A stretch of 64,000 nt of DNA from Thermoplasmatota archaeon (GTDB lineage Archaea > Thermoplasmatota > Thermoplasmata > Lutacidiplasmatales > JAMCUS01). The stretch spans positions 14,243-78,242 of the forward strand of contig JAMCUS010000032.1 in NCBI GenBank assembly GCA_023379385.1, in the 5' to 3' direction. A program made the translations under genes and the position numbers. The notes beneath the pieces were generated by a model, which was not told the DNA's origin, did no database searches, and saw only the letters and a program-made list of their open reading frames with translations. Positions 10,190-19,765 of the stretch are shown here, one piece after another (the first letter of the stretch is position 1; each line of letters starts with the position of its first letter).

Positions 10190-11380
10190 TAAAAAGCGTA
10201 ATACAGAATTATAGTCCATCAGATAGAGTTTTCAGTCTTATGCATAAATTTACAGACGGTATTAATATGTGCATTAATATTGCTCTTGAAAAAAAAAATT
10301 AACCTCCAGAAATGCACTTTCAAAGAATGCATATCCACTCTTAACCGAGTATAAAATTCCCTCTTACTATTATCCGTCAATAATCAACAAGGCAATAGCA
10401 TTAACCAAAACCTACAACAAAAGATTGAGAAAAGGCAGGAAAGCAACCAGACCTCATGTTGAAAAGCCAATGCTGCCTACTTACTATGGGTTTAAAATTG
10501 AAAATGGCAATATTATGATTCCTGTTTCAAATGAGAAATATAAAAGAGAATATGAAGAAATATCATTAAATGAATATGTTCAAAAAAACATATCAGAAGT
10601 GAAAGTACACTCTTTTACATTGAATTAGACCAACCTTTCCTTATCAATAGGAAAGGATGTTGAAGTTATAGATTGTAAGAATACAGTTGGTGTAGACCGA
10701 AATTTGAAAAACGTAACTGTTGGTAATGAAGAGCATCAAGAGGTATATAACCTTTCAGACGTGGTAACCATTAAAAAAAGATATAAAAAGAAGATATCAC
10801 ATTTTAATAGAAATGATCGCAGGATAAAAAAGAAGATATATGAAAAATACGGTAAAAGATCTAAAAATAGAACTAAACAAATCATGCACACAGTGAGTAA
10901 ATAGATCGTGGAAAACGCAAAAAACAATAGCGAAGCAATAGTATTAGAAAATATCAAGGGTATAAAAGAGATAACACATAAAGGAGATAATAAAGGTAAA
11001 AATTACAGATTCATGTTTCATAATGCATTCCCATACGGTATGCTGGCAAATCAAATAAAATACAAGGGAGAATGGTTGGGTTTACGAGTAATAGAATTAT
11101 CAAGGAAAGAAACAAGGAACACAAGCAGAGAATGTTCGGTATGTGGGTCACTGACCCCCGAAAAGAACAGGGAAGAACTTTGATCTGTGAACGTTGTAGC
11201 CTGATAATAGACAGAGATGTAAATGCATCAATAAACATATCAAAACGTGGTCGTACATGGCTAACACGATCCCTACAGGAAATGGAAAAAGGGTGGTCAG
11301 GCGAAGCAATGAAGCAGTCAAAAGATGTGGAGCAGATGATCACAAGAGATAAAATCGTATCAAACTATGATATAAAATAA
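10190..11380 (+). pseudogene. IS200/IS605-type tnpB (OrfB) pseudogene with several frameshifts and stop codons
   Basis: ORF fragments 10425-10628, 10704-10904, 10908-11183 and 11072-11380 line up in series. They carry RuvC-I (GVDRNLKNVTVG), RuvC-II (IVLENIKGIKE) and the zinc-finger/RuvC-III segment (CSVCGS...CERCSLIIDRDVNASINI). There is an in-frame TAA at about 10902 and a frameshift near 11170. Confidence 0.6.
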
Positions 11381-11599
11381 TTTTGTCTCTAAGTTGTCTC
11401 AAGGCTGCTATCTCTCTATGGATACTACCAACCGTTAGAGCAATCACGATAAATAATTGAATGTCAGTAAACCCTGTTTTTCATGTAGTACGTACCCGGT
11501 ATATAGGTTGCTCAGTACGTGAAATGATATATCTGGCAATCAATTGCAATTTAACGGTTTGTAATTACCATAGATGGTATGGTAAAATTAATATCCTTG

Positions 11600-11673
11600 T
11601 TATAATTAATATACGTTAACTTTATAATATATAACGAATTTAGGTTATTAAAAGCTAAAAGGTGTTATAATAT
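11600..11673 (+). promoter_or_regulatory. Putative archaeal promoter (TATA-like ctttataatatata) and SD-like aggtg upstream of the Ubl operon
   Basis: AT-rich TATA-like element ~45 nt upstream of ATG 11674 and GGTG ~15 nt upstream; read from sequence only. Confidence 0.3.
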
Positions 11674-12807
11674 ATGCCAAATGAATCTACTAATAATGTG
11701 ATATGTCCATTTTGTGGTGAGTCTGTTGATCAAAAATTGGCAGAGTGCCCCGTATGTGGAGCAAAGCTATTTGATGAGCTATTCATATGCCCCAGGTGTA
11801 CTGCTAGTGTTACATCTAAAGATGCAATATGTCCGTTATGTGGCGTTAAACTAGCAACAGAGATTTCAAAGGTACAGATAGAGGGTGGTAGTACATACGT
11901 TGTAACAGATGAAAATTTTTCATATAGGTTATTTAAAACCCTTACCGGGATGGATTACAAGGGATTGATATTATCAAAAATGAACTTACAGAAAATTGAA
12001 AAAAAATATTCCATAACTGATGCAACAGCGTATTGGTTGACAGCAACACAGGGAAAAGAAAAAACAATAGATCCACAGAGATTAGATTTTGAGTTGATGT
12101 ATACGGTATCTGAGTTTGTTAAAAACAATAGCCAAAGTGTTACAATCATAGATGCATTAACATTGCTTATATCTTCTAACGGTGGTCAAAAGGTTGGTGA
12201 TTTCATAAAGTATATTTCAGATCTTATATCCACAAAGGATTCAATCGTTATATTACCTGTTCAGGATAACTTCATGGAACAGAAAGATTATGATTTTATA
12301 AAGGAATATGTACAACCCATAAATTATAAAGAAATACAGAATGAGGTTACAGCAAATAAAGAAGCAGAAAAAATGAGAATTGTGATTAGAAAACAGAATA
12401 TAACTGGGAAAAAAGGCGATGAAAAGGTAATACCGTCATCCGCAAAAGTTGAAGGAACCGTTACTAGCGACATGAAGAATGATTTAAATAAAAAATCAAT
12501 GTTAACAGATACAACGCAAAATATAGAGGAGGTAAAAGGAAATATGAACCAATCTGTAGCTACAGGTCCAATAAGAATAAAATTAAGAGATTCTGAAACT
12601 GGTGCTGTACTTGAAATGGAGCTTGATATTGATAACACCATAGATGAACTCATAGAAAGTGCAGGCGCTTACTGGGAAAAGGCAACGGGTGTGTATGTTA
12701 TACGAAAAGGAAATAAAATTCTTAGAGGTAATATGAGAATTGGAGATGCCGATGTTAGAGATGGAGATATTATTGAGCTCATTCCAGATCCTGAAGGTGG
12801 AATATAA
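11674..12807 (+). CDS. Double zinc-ribbon + DUF835-like domain protein with C-terminal ThiS/MoaD/SAMP-like ubiquitin-like beta-grasp domain ending Gly-Gly-Ile
   Basis: The N-terminus has four CxxC pairs (CPFCG, CPVCG, CPRCT, CPLCG). The middle region has a DUF835-like WLT motif (ITDATAYWLTATQG). The C-terminal ~75 aa (IRIKLRDSE...VRDGDIIELIPDPEGGI) resemble the ThiS/MoaD tail (DGDxIxIxPPxxGG). It is the first gene of a tightly packed four-gene operon. Confidence 0.75.
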   Translation: MPNESTNNVICPFCGESVDQKLAECPVCGAKLFDELFICPRCTASVTSKDAICPLCGVKLATEISKVQIEGGSTYVVTDENFSYRLFKTLTGMDYKGLILSKMNLQKIEKKYSITDATAYWLTATQGKEKTIDPQRLDFELMYTVSEFVKNNSQSVTIIDALTLLISSNGGQKVGDFIKYISDLISTKDSIVILPVQDNFMEQKDYDFIKEYVQPINYKEIQNEVTANKEAEKMRIVIRKQNITGKKGDEKVIPSSAKVEGTVTSDMKNDLNKKSMLTDTTQNIEEVKGNMNQSVATGPIRIKLRDSETGAVLEMELDIDNTIDELIESAGAYWEKATGVYVIRKGNKILRGNMRIGDADVRDGDIIELIPDPEGGI

Positions 12808-12825
12808 AAATGGAGGTGGTTATAG

Positions 12826-13320
12826 ATGACTCAGCCACTTTCTTTTATTAGACAGAGATTACTAGCAGAAATTGAACAGGTTAAAAAGTTGATGGAGTAT
12901 CCTGTTGAGGTATCTGATCCAACTTTAACAAATTTTCCTATAGAAGTTACAATAACAATTCAAAAAATTCCTGGACCATATCTTAAGGATGGTAAGTTAT
13001 CGACACGATATACTCACAAATTCAAGATTATTGTAGATGCTGAATATCCCTATAAAAAACCAGTGATTCACTGGCTAACACCAATATTTCATCCTAACAT
13101 AATGCCACCTCATGAAGGTGGATACATATGTACAAAAATGTTAAAGGTATGGTCGTCTCAGTCATCCATTGTTTCTTTTATTCAGGGTGTGATAACATTG
13201 TTAAGCAATCCCAATCCATACGATCCACTAGGTAGTGATGCATGTTTAATGTCGGCACAATATTTTGTCAAACATCCGTATCACCCACCATCTATATTAA
13301 AAAAAGGAGAAGAAGACTGA
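12826..13320 (+). CDS. Ubiquitin-conjugating enzyme (E2/UBC fold) homologue
   Basis: UBC signature HPNImpphegGyICtkmLkvWs: the HPN motif, a catalytic Cys in the G-x-IC context, and a downstream Trp; 164 aa. Confidence 0.8.
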   Translation: MTQPLSFIRQRLLAEIEQVKKLMEYPVEVSDPTLTNFPIEVTITIQKIPGPYLKDGKLSTRYTHKFKIIVDAEYPYKKPVIHWLTPIFHPNIMPPHEGGYICTKMLKVWSSQSSIVSFIQGVITLLSNPNPYDPLGSDACLMSAQYFVKHPYHPPSILKKGEED

Positions 13321-13351
13321 TTATTAAAATCTAATAGGGGTATCATTTCAA

Positions 13352-15241
13352 ATGTCAAAAGGTATAAAGATCGTTGCGGAACATAAAAGAGAGGTTAAAG
13401 AAATACCTCCACCAGATAGAGATAGAATTTCATATCATAAATGGGATTCTGCAGAATCAACCGAAATTTATGTTAATACATATAGATCTGGCAATCTTTT
13501 TGATGTATATATATCCAAAAAAGCGGAGGAGAAGATGATGAATCACTGTCTGTCCGGTGTTCCAACAAGGACAGAGGTCATGGGTCTACTTGTAGGGGAT
13601 ATATACAGATATAACAATACAATATATGCAGTTATCAAGGATGTTTCCACTACAGAACTTGATGCCAATGCCGTTCATGTCCAGATAAATAAAGAGGATT
13701 CTTCATATACAAAATTATTTCAAAGATTAGATGAAATTGGCGCAAATTTTATTCTTGTCGGATGGTATCATTCACACCCAGGACATACATGTTTTCTATC
13801 TGAAACAGATATTAATACACAGAAAAAGATGTTTCCAGAATCATACCATTCTGCAATAGTTATAGACCCTATTTCACAGCAGTTTGAGGTGTTTACTGTT
13901 GACAATGAAGGTGGGTACATTAGAAGATCGCATGCAATCTTCTGGGATGATTTTGAAAAGCCCTATGTAGTTGAAGAGGCTCCTCCAGTACCATCATTTC
14001 AGGGTGGTTATGCTGCAAATGAGGGTATATTAGCCGAAAGGTATAACGATATTACCAATAGAGAAGCCATACTGAAAAATCATGAAATGGAATTAACTAA
14101 CCTCAGAAATAGCTTAATTGCGAAAGAGAGAGAACTAATCGAAAGAGAGAATATGTTTGCAAAACAGGGGCAGATGGCATCGGCAACTACCGCCACATAT
14201 GCTGATAGAATGAACATAGAAAGAGAGAGAATTGAATCTCTTGCTAAAAATATTGCTGTCAGAGATGCAGATCTAAGAAGAAGGGAAGAACAGATAAAAA
14301 ACATAGAAATGGAATTGAGAAAAAGAGAATCAGAAGTTGTCAAATATACTGGATTAACAGAGAGCATAAAAAAAGAATGGGAAAGAATAAGTACAGATAA
14401 AAATAATATTGAGTTTGCACAGAAATCTATATCCAGAAAGGAAATTGAATTGAAAGAGAAAGAGTCTATATTAAAAGCAAAGGAGGAGGAGCTGGCGGCT
14501 TTAGGATTGATACCCAGTGTTAAAGAGGAACTGGATAAATCAAAGATAGAACTTAATAGGCTCAATAATGAGATAAAACAGAGGGAGGAAGCACTAAAAT
14601 TAAAAGAGAATGATTATAATAAAAGAAGGAGGGAAATTGAAGCCATGCAAAAGGAATACACTTCGAAGCTGCATGAACTTAATGAACTGGAACTATCCCT
14701 GAAAACCAAATCTGTTACATTGACAACTAAAGAAGCAGAAATAGAGAAAATTAAGGAGTTACAGTCCGAAAAGGAAGTAGAACTTAAAAATCGTGAAACA
14801 AAGATCACTGAGATGGAAGAAAAACTGCAGCGTGGATTAACAGATCTGAAAAGTAGGACAGAAATACATGCAGCCAAAGAAAGCACATTCAGTTTGAAAG
14901 AGATGGAACTCCAGAAGGAGAGTAAAGAACTTGAAAATATTAATATAAAGCTTAAGAAAGAAGAGAAAATTATAAAAATGCTTACAGATACATTTGGAAA
15001 GACCGTTATCAGTAGTGGTGCCATAAAGCAATATAACAGTAGTGACGAATTTTATAAAGATATGATAATCAGAGCAAAGGAGCAACTTTCAACCATGGCT
15101 GAAGAGTTTGTAATAATACAAAAAAATACACAGAAAATGTTAACACTTCTGAAAACCACGAAAAAAATAGCAGATAAAACAGTTTCCAAAAGAAAAACAA
15201 AAAAGAAGGTACGAACTGTATGGAAAAAGGCAGCAAAATAA
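13352..15241 (+). CDS. JAB/MPN (JAMM) metallopeptidase fused to a ~400-aa coiled-coil region
   Basis: Complete JAMM motif: Glu in TEVMGLLVGD, then HSHPGHTCFLSETD (HxHx7Sx2D). The C-terminal ~420 aa are heptad-rich E/K/L repeats. Confidence 0.85.
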   Translation: MSKGIKIVAEHKREVKEIPPPDRDRISYHKWDSAESTEIYVNTYRSGNLFDVYISKKAEEKMMNHCLSGVPTRTEVMGLLVGDIYRYNNTIYAVIKDVSTTELDANAVHVQINKEDSSYTKLFQRLDEIGANFILVGWYHSHPGHTCFLSETDINTQKKMFPESYHSAIVIDPISQQFEVFTVDNEGGYIRRSHAIFWDDFEKPYVVEEAPPVPSFQGGYAANEGILAERYNDITNREAILKNHEMELTNLRNSLIAKERELIERENMFAKQGQMASATTATYADRMNIERERIESLAKNIAVRDADLRRREEQIKNIEMELRKRESEVVKYTGLTESIKKEWERISTDKNNIEFAQKSISRKEIELKEKESILKAKEEELAALGLIPSVKEELDKSKIELNRLNNEIKQREEALKLKENDYNKRRREIEAMQKEYTSKLHELNELELSLKTKSVTLTTKEAEIEKIKELQSEKEVELKNRETKITEMEEKLQRGLTDLKSRTEIHAAKESTFSLKEMELQKESKELENINIKLKKEEKIIKMLTDTFGKTVISSGAIKQYNSSDEFYKDMIIRAKEQLSTMAEEFVIIQKNTQKMLTLLKTTKKIADKTVSKRKTKKKVRTVWKKAAK

Positions 15242-16101
15242 AAATAATTACCAAGAATAAAAAAGAAAAAAAAGATTCTGTTAGCCAGGGCAAGGCAAAA
15301 AAAAGTATAAAAAAGTTAAAGATCGGGTATGAAGATAGCGATATACACGACAGGATTAAAAGAATACCATGGATAAAAATTGATAAAATCAAAAAATCAA
15401 GGGTGCTGGTTATTGGAGCCGGTGCAATAGGTAACGAGGTAATGAAAAATCTTGCCTTGTCAGGATTTAATGACATAACATTAATAGATATGGACCATGT
15501 GGTGATTTCAAATCTTAACAGATGTCTTTTTTTTACTTTTGAAGATGCAAAATCGAAAATATATAAGGTAGATGCTATTAAAAATCATATAAAAGATATG
15601 GTTTCATCAATCAATATCAAAGGAATTACAAAGCCAGTTGAAGAGATAGAGGAAGAGTTTTTCAACAATTTTGATATAATATTCGGTTGCGTGGATAACA
15701 TACTTGCCAGGGTCAGAATAAATAGCCTGGCGTCGCATTATCAGATTCCATATGTGGATGGTGGAACTCATGGGATGGTTGGTAAGGTACAGGTGATATT
15801 ACCTCCTGATACGCCATGCATTGAATGCAATCTAAATATTTCACATTACAAAAATTTGGAACAGCTTTTTACATGTTCAGGACGTGATGATACGAAGGCA
15901 TTCGAGCCAAAAATACCTGCTGAAGTCACAACAACAGCGATTATAGCGGGAGTCATGGTTAGAGAGGGACTAAAGATTTTATCTGATAAGAGAGACAATG
16001 TAATAAAGCATATATTCTATTATGATGGATTAACAAATAAATCAGATATTCTTGAATCAGAGATAAGCAAGGGATGCAGCAATCACAGTAAAAATCATTG
16101 A
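15220..16101 (+). CDS. E1-like ubiquitin-activating enzyme (ThiF/MoeB/UBA family)
   Basis: Rossmann motif VLVIGAGAIGNEV, adenylation motif DMDHVVISNLNRC, and the Cys-rich C-terminal region DTPCIECN; 22-nt overlap with the JAB gene. Confidence 0.85.
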   Translation: MEKGSKIKIITKNKKEKKDSVSQGKAKKSIKKLKIGYEDSDIHDRIKRIPWIKIDKIKKSRVLVIGAGAIGNEVMKNLALSGFNDITLIDMDHVVISNLNRCLFFTFEDAKSKIYKVDAIKNHIKDMVSSINIKGITKPVEEIEEEFFNNFDIIFGCVDNILARVRINSLASHYQIPYVDGGTHGMVGKVQVILPPDTPCIECNLNISHYKNLEQLFTCSGRDDTKAFEPKIPAEVTTTAIIAGVMVREGLKILSDKRDNVIKHIFYYDGLTNKSDILESEISKGCSNHSKNH

Positions 16102-17168
16102 TTGATAATTTTGAGTGGTGTTCTTTCCACTTCAAGTTTGTCTGATGTCGGATAACTTTCTGTTATGTAACTGCTGGCGTTGAGTTTCTTATATATATCA
16201 CTCAGGATCCATGACGCAATTTCTATCTTCTTTTTGTTTTTATTCACGAAGTAATATTTTTCAGGGACCTTCAGTGTATGCAGAATTTTAATAACATTGT
16301 TTGTGTCACCCTCTATCACACCCTTTATAAGCGTTCCGTCATCGGTAACAATTTCATAATTTTTTTTAACATTCACAGCTCTGATCCTCAATCTATTCCT
16401 GAGCTGTACTGAATCCTTAAACGGTGATGAGCAGAAATGCACGGTTAATCCGCTATCCGCAATGTTGCTAAAGACATTCTCAACACTCTCAAGACTGCCC
16501 ATGGCCTCTGCAGATTCTATGTTCCGCAGTTCGATACCTCTATTCCTCATTCTGATCCAGTTTGTAGGAGAGAATTCCAGTTCATTGAGATTTATGAATG
16601 GAACCTCTATTTCAGATAATGAATCGATGAGTCTCACGACGTTATTTTCTTTACCTGGTATTGCTGGAATTTCTACGCCAGCCGTATATCCCTCTTTATT
16701 GAGCTGTTTGAGGGTTGAATAATATGGTGATCCCTTTACCCTGTCCCACAAGTATGATGGTATGTGTATTCTTACTTCATCCACACCCGTATGAAACATC
16801 TTAATCAACAATTTGTGATTAGGTGTTATGGTGTATAGATGTATATGATGTTTCTCCCCAAAAGTCTCCTTCAATAATTTTATATAATGCAGGGTTCTGA
16901 AAGGAACTGATAACGGATCTCCACCAGTTATACCGGTGCCAGTCGATGATGATACAGTTACCTCTTCAATAATGTCATCATCATTGAATACAGCCTTTTC
17001 ATTGGCAAAGGTTTCTCCCTTCTTCCTCTCATCAGAGATAGGACAGTAAAAGCATCTCATAGAACATTTAGGTGTTACAAAAAGCACTGTTTTTCTTCCT
17101 TTCCTGCATAATTTGCAACCAACTGGCAATCTTCCAGAGAGCAATGAACCAGCGACAAGTTTACGCAT
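16095..17168 (-). CDS. Radical SAM domain protein (PflX-like, CxxxCxxC)
   Basis: CSMRCFYCP cluster near the N-terminus; 357 aa; convergent with the E1 gene. Confidence 0.65.
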   Translation of the reverse strand: MRKLVAGSLLSGRLPVGCKLCRKGRKTVLFVTPKCSMRCFYCPISDERKKGETFANEKAVFNDDDIIEEVTVSSSTGTGITGGDPLSVPFRTLHYIKLLKETFGEKHHIHLYTITPNHKLLIKMFHTGVDEVRIHIPSYLWDRVKGSPYYSTLKQLNKEGYTAGVEIPAIPGKENNVVRLIDSLSEIEVPFINLNELEFSPTNWIRMRNRGIELRNIESAEAMGSLESVENVFSNIADSGLTVHFCSSPFKDSVQLRNRLRIRAVNVKKNYEIVTDDGTLIKGVIEGDTNNVIKILHTLKVPEKYYFVNKNKKKIEIASWILSDIYKKLNASSYITESYPTSDKLEVERTPLKIINQ

Positions 17169-17254
17169 AGTATGATAATGGTACTGCGGTATATAAAAAT
17201 AAGCAACGCATGTAGAATAACTTTGATATATGAATTAAGGGATATGACTAAACG

Positions 17255-17920
17255 ATGAAGGAAAAGGTAGTTACACTGTTATCGGGTGGTCTAGATTCAT
17301 CCACGTTATTGGCATATCTCATAGATAATGGATATGAACCATATGTGATAACATTTGAATACGGGCAGATACACGAAAAGGAGATTATAAGTGCAGTAGC
17401 TATAGCGCGACATTACGGTATAAAGAATCACAAAATCATAAAAATAAACATGAAAGATATTGCCAAATCCGCTTTACTTGATAGAAATACTGGGATCCCC
17501 ATGGATAGATATGTCATGAATGAAATCCCGGTTACCTATGTTCCAGCGAGGAACATCGTCTTTCTATCCATTGCGCTATCATACGCAGAAAGCGAAAATA
17601 TAGAGAATATCGCAATAGGTGCAAATGCCATAGATTATAGCGGTTACCCAGATTGCAGAGAAGATTTCTTTAAATTATTTGAGGAAATGGCGAATGAAGG
17701 TACAAAAATGGGTTTATCATATGGAAATATAGAGATAATGAGGCCATTTATACATATGAGCAAGAAGGATATTGTGCTTTTAGGCAACTCTCTGCATCTA
17801 CCATTTGAAAAAACATGGAGCTGTTATAACGGTAACGAAAAGCCCTGCATGCACTGTGATTCATGCATCTTGAGAAGCAAAGGGTTTAAAGAAGCCAATG
17901 TTACAGATCCACTGGTGTAA
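17255..17920 (+). CDS. queC: 7-cyano-7-deazaguanine synthase QueC
   Basis: PP-loop LLSGGLDSST and the C-terminal zinc motif CxxC...C (CYNGNEKPCMHCDSC). Confidence 0.9.
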   Translation: MKEKVVTLLSGGLDSSTLLAYLIDNGYEPYVITFEYGQIHEKEIISAVAIARHYGIKNHKIIKINMKDIAKSALLDRNTGIPMDRYVMNEIPVTYVPARNIVFLSIALSYAESENIENIAIGANAIDYSGYPDCREDFFKLFEEMANEGTKMGLSYGNIEIMRPFIHMSKKDIVLLGNSLHLPFEKTWSCYNGNEKPCMHCDSCILRSKGFKEANVTDPLV

Positions 17921-18560
17921 CATGAATATTGTAGAAATTTTTGAATCAATACAGGGTGAAGGTCCCGATACTGGAAAGAGAACACTATTTATAAGAACTG
18001 CTAGATGCAATTTGAGGTGTATCTGGTGTGATACAAAATATTCATGGAATAATGGAGTGACGTATCATGTCGATGAACTGGTGAAAATAATTGAAAAGTA
18101 TAAGGCAAGTGATATTTCAATAACAGGCGGTGAGCCATTATTGCAGAAAAGTGAACTTGTTAAATTGTTGAAATTGATTGATAAAAAAAAGGATATAAAA
18201 ACTGTACTTATAGAAACCAATGGCGCCATAGATATACGCCCTTATCTGGTATTCAGGAAAATAAAAATTTCCATGGATGTCAAATGTCCTTCATCTGGCA
18301 TGACTGAATTCAATCTGTATGACAATATCAATTTGATAAGAAAACAGGATGTAGTGAAATTTGTAATAAAAGACGGGGTAGACTATAATTTTGCAAAAAA
18401 AATATTGGATGAACGGATGATAAAAGGAGAGGTTATTTTTCAGCCTGTATACGGTGCAGACCTTAGAACCATTGCTGAAAATATTATTAAAGATAAACTA
18501 AATGTGCGATTCATGGTACAGATGCATAAATATATATGGGGAGATGAAAAGGGACATTAA
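17898..18560 (+). CDS. queE: 7-carboxy-7-deazaguanine synthase QueE (radical SAM)
   Basis: CNLRCIWCDT radical-SAM cluster; overlaps the end of queC. Confidence 0.85.
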   Translation: MLQIHWCNMNIVEIFESIQGEGPDTGKRTLFIRTARCNLRCIWCDTKYSWNNGVTYHVDELVKIIEKYKASDISITGGEPLLQKSELVKLLKLIDKKKDIKTVLIETNGAIDIRPYLVFRKIKISMDVKCPSSGMTEFNLYDNINLIRKQDVVKFVIKDGVDYNFAKKILDERMIKGEVIFQPVYGADLRTIAENIIKDKLNVRFMVQMHKYIWGDEKGH

Positions 18561-19567
18561 AAGCTTCTTTCAATGGATTTTTCAGCTATAAGCCTCAGAA
18601 TCTCCATATATTTTTTATCCTTTATCACAGACAGCTCTCTGATAACCTTATCCACGTATTGATGTGCAATATCCATAGCAATCTTTTCCGCACCGCTTTT
18701 CTTTATAAGATCAACAAGTTTATCCACATCCCTCTCGTCTTTATTCTTTTTAATAAATATTTTTATAAACTCCTCTTTATCCTTTGAATCAAGCTGCTGA
18801 ATAGCAATAAGACTCATTATTGTATGATTGCCTGTTTTCAGGTCTGTATATCTTTTTTTACCAATAACCTCCTCTGTTCCATAAATATCCAGAATATCAT
18901 CCTTTATCTGAAATGCTATGCCCAGGTTGAGTCCGTATCGTTCCATGGCATCTGTAACCTCCGTGCTCATGTCAAGCACCATTGCTGCACTTCTGCTAAC
19001 AGCAGCTATTGCTGAAGCTGTTTTCCTGGTAACTATATTTATATATTCATTAACATTCATATTTTCTTTATATCTGTATTTACTTTCTATAACCTCTCCT
19101 TCAGCAAGGTCTATGCATGCTTTTGCCACCATAAGCATTATACCTCGCTTATAGGTAGTTGCAAGTTCAAATGCCTTTACAAAAAGAAAATCACCTGTTA
19201 CAATAGCATACGGCATGCTGAATTGTTCAACAACCGACGGGCGACCTCTTCTTAAAGGTGCATTATCAATTATATCATCATGGATTAAAGTGGCTGTATG
19301 GACCATCTCTATGGAGGCTGCTAAAGGTATAATTTCATTAAAATTTGAACCTCCCAGAGCTCTGTAAATTGTGAACAGAAGCAGTGGTCTCAGCCTCTTC
19401 CCACCTGATTTTATAGAATATACAGCACTTTCTGTTAAGGCGGTATTGTTTTCAGAGGCTATTTCAGTTAAAAAAGGCTCCAGATGTTCCAGAGCTTCAA
19501 AAATGCTTTTATCAATCATTTCAACTGGCAGGTCTACATATTTGTCAATCGTATTCGTAACCACCAT
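18557..19567 (-). CDS. idsA: Polyprenyl (geranylgeranyl) diphosphate synthase
   Basis: FARM LIHDDIIDNAPLRRG and SARM KDDILD motifs. Confidence 0.85.
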   Translation of the reverse strand: MVVTNTIDKYVDLPVEMIDKSIFEALEHLEPFLTEIASENNTALTESAVYSIKSGGKRLRPLLLFTIYRALGGSNFNEIIPLAASIEMVHTATLIHDDIIDNAPLRRGRPSVVEQFSMPYAIVTGDFLFVKAFELATTYKRGIMLMVAKACIDLAEGEVIESKYRYKENMNVNEYINIVTRKTASAIAAVSRSAAMVLDMSTEVTDAMERYGLNLGIAFQIKDDILDIYGTEEVIGKKRYTDLKTGNHTIMSLIAIQQLDSKDKEEFIKIFIKKNKDERDVDKLVDLIKKSGAEKIAMDIAHQYVDKVIRELSVIKDKKYMEILRLIAEKSIERSF

Positions 19568-19765
19568 ACATCACATCCAACTGCAGATTCCGTAAAGGAT
19601 TAATTCTATTTAAACATATATTTTTCTTTACTCAATTTTTGCAGTGGCTAATGACTGTACAACCTGTAACGCTTTGTGGTCAAAATTATTGATGTTTTTA
19701 ATATACCCAAATTTGGGCCATAATCATATATAAATATCATAACATACATTGTATATTGTATCGTA

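Noticed and set aside
14080-15476. Minus-strand ORFs of 82-161 aa inside the JAB coiled-coil gene
   Set aside because: They are artefacts of the purine-rich heptad repeat, reading as S/L/F-rich nonsense on the opposite strand; the plus-strand 629-aa frame is continuous with a bona fide JAMM motif.
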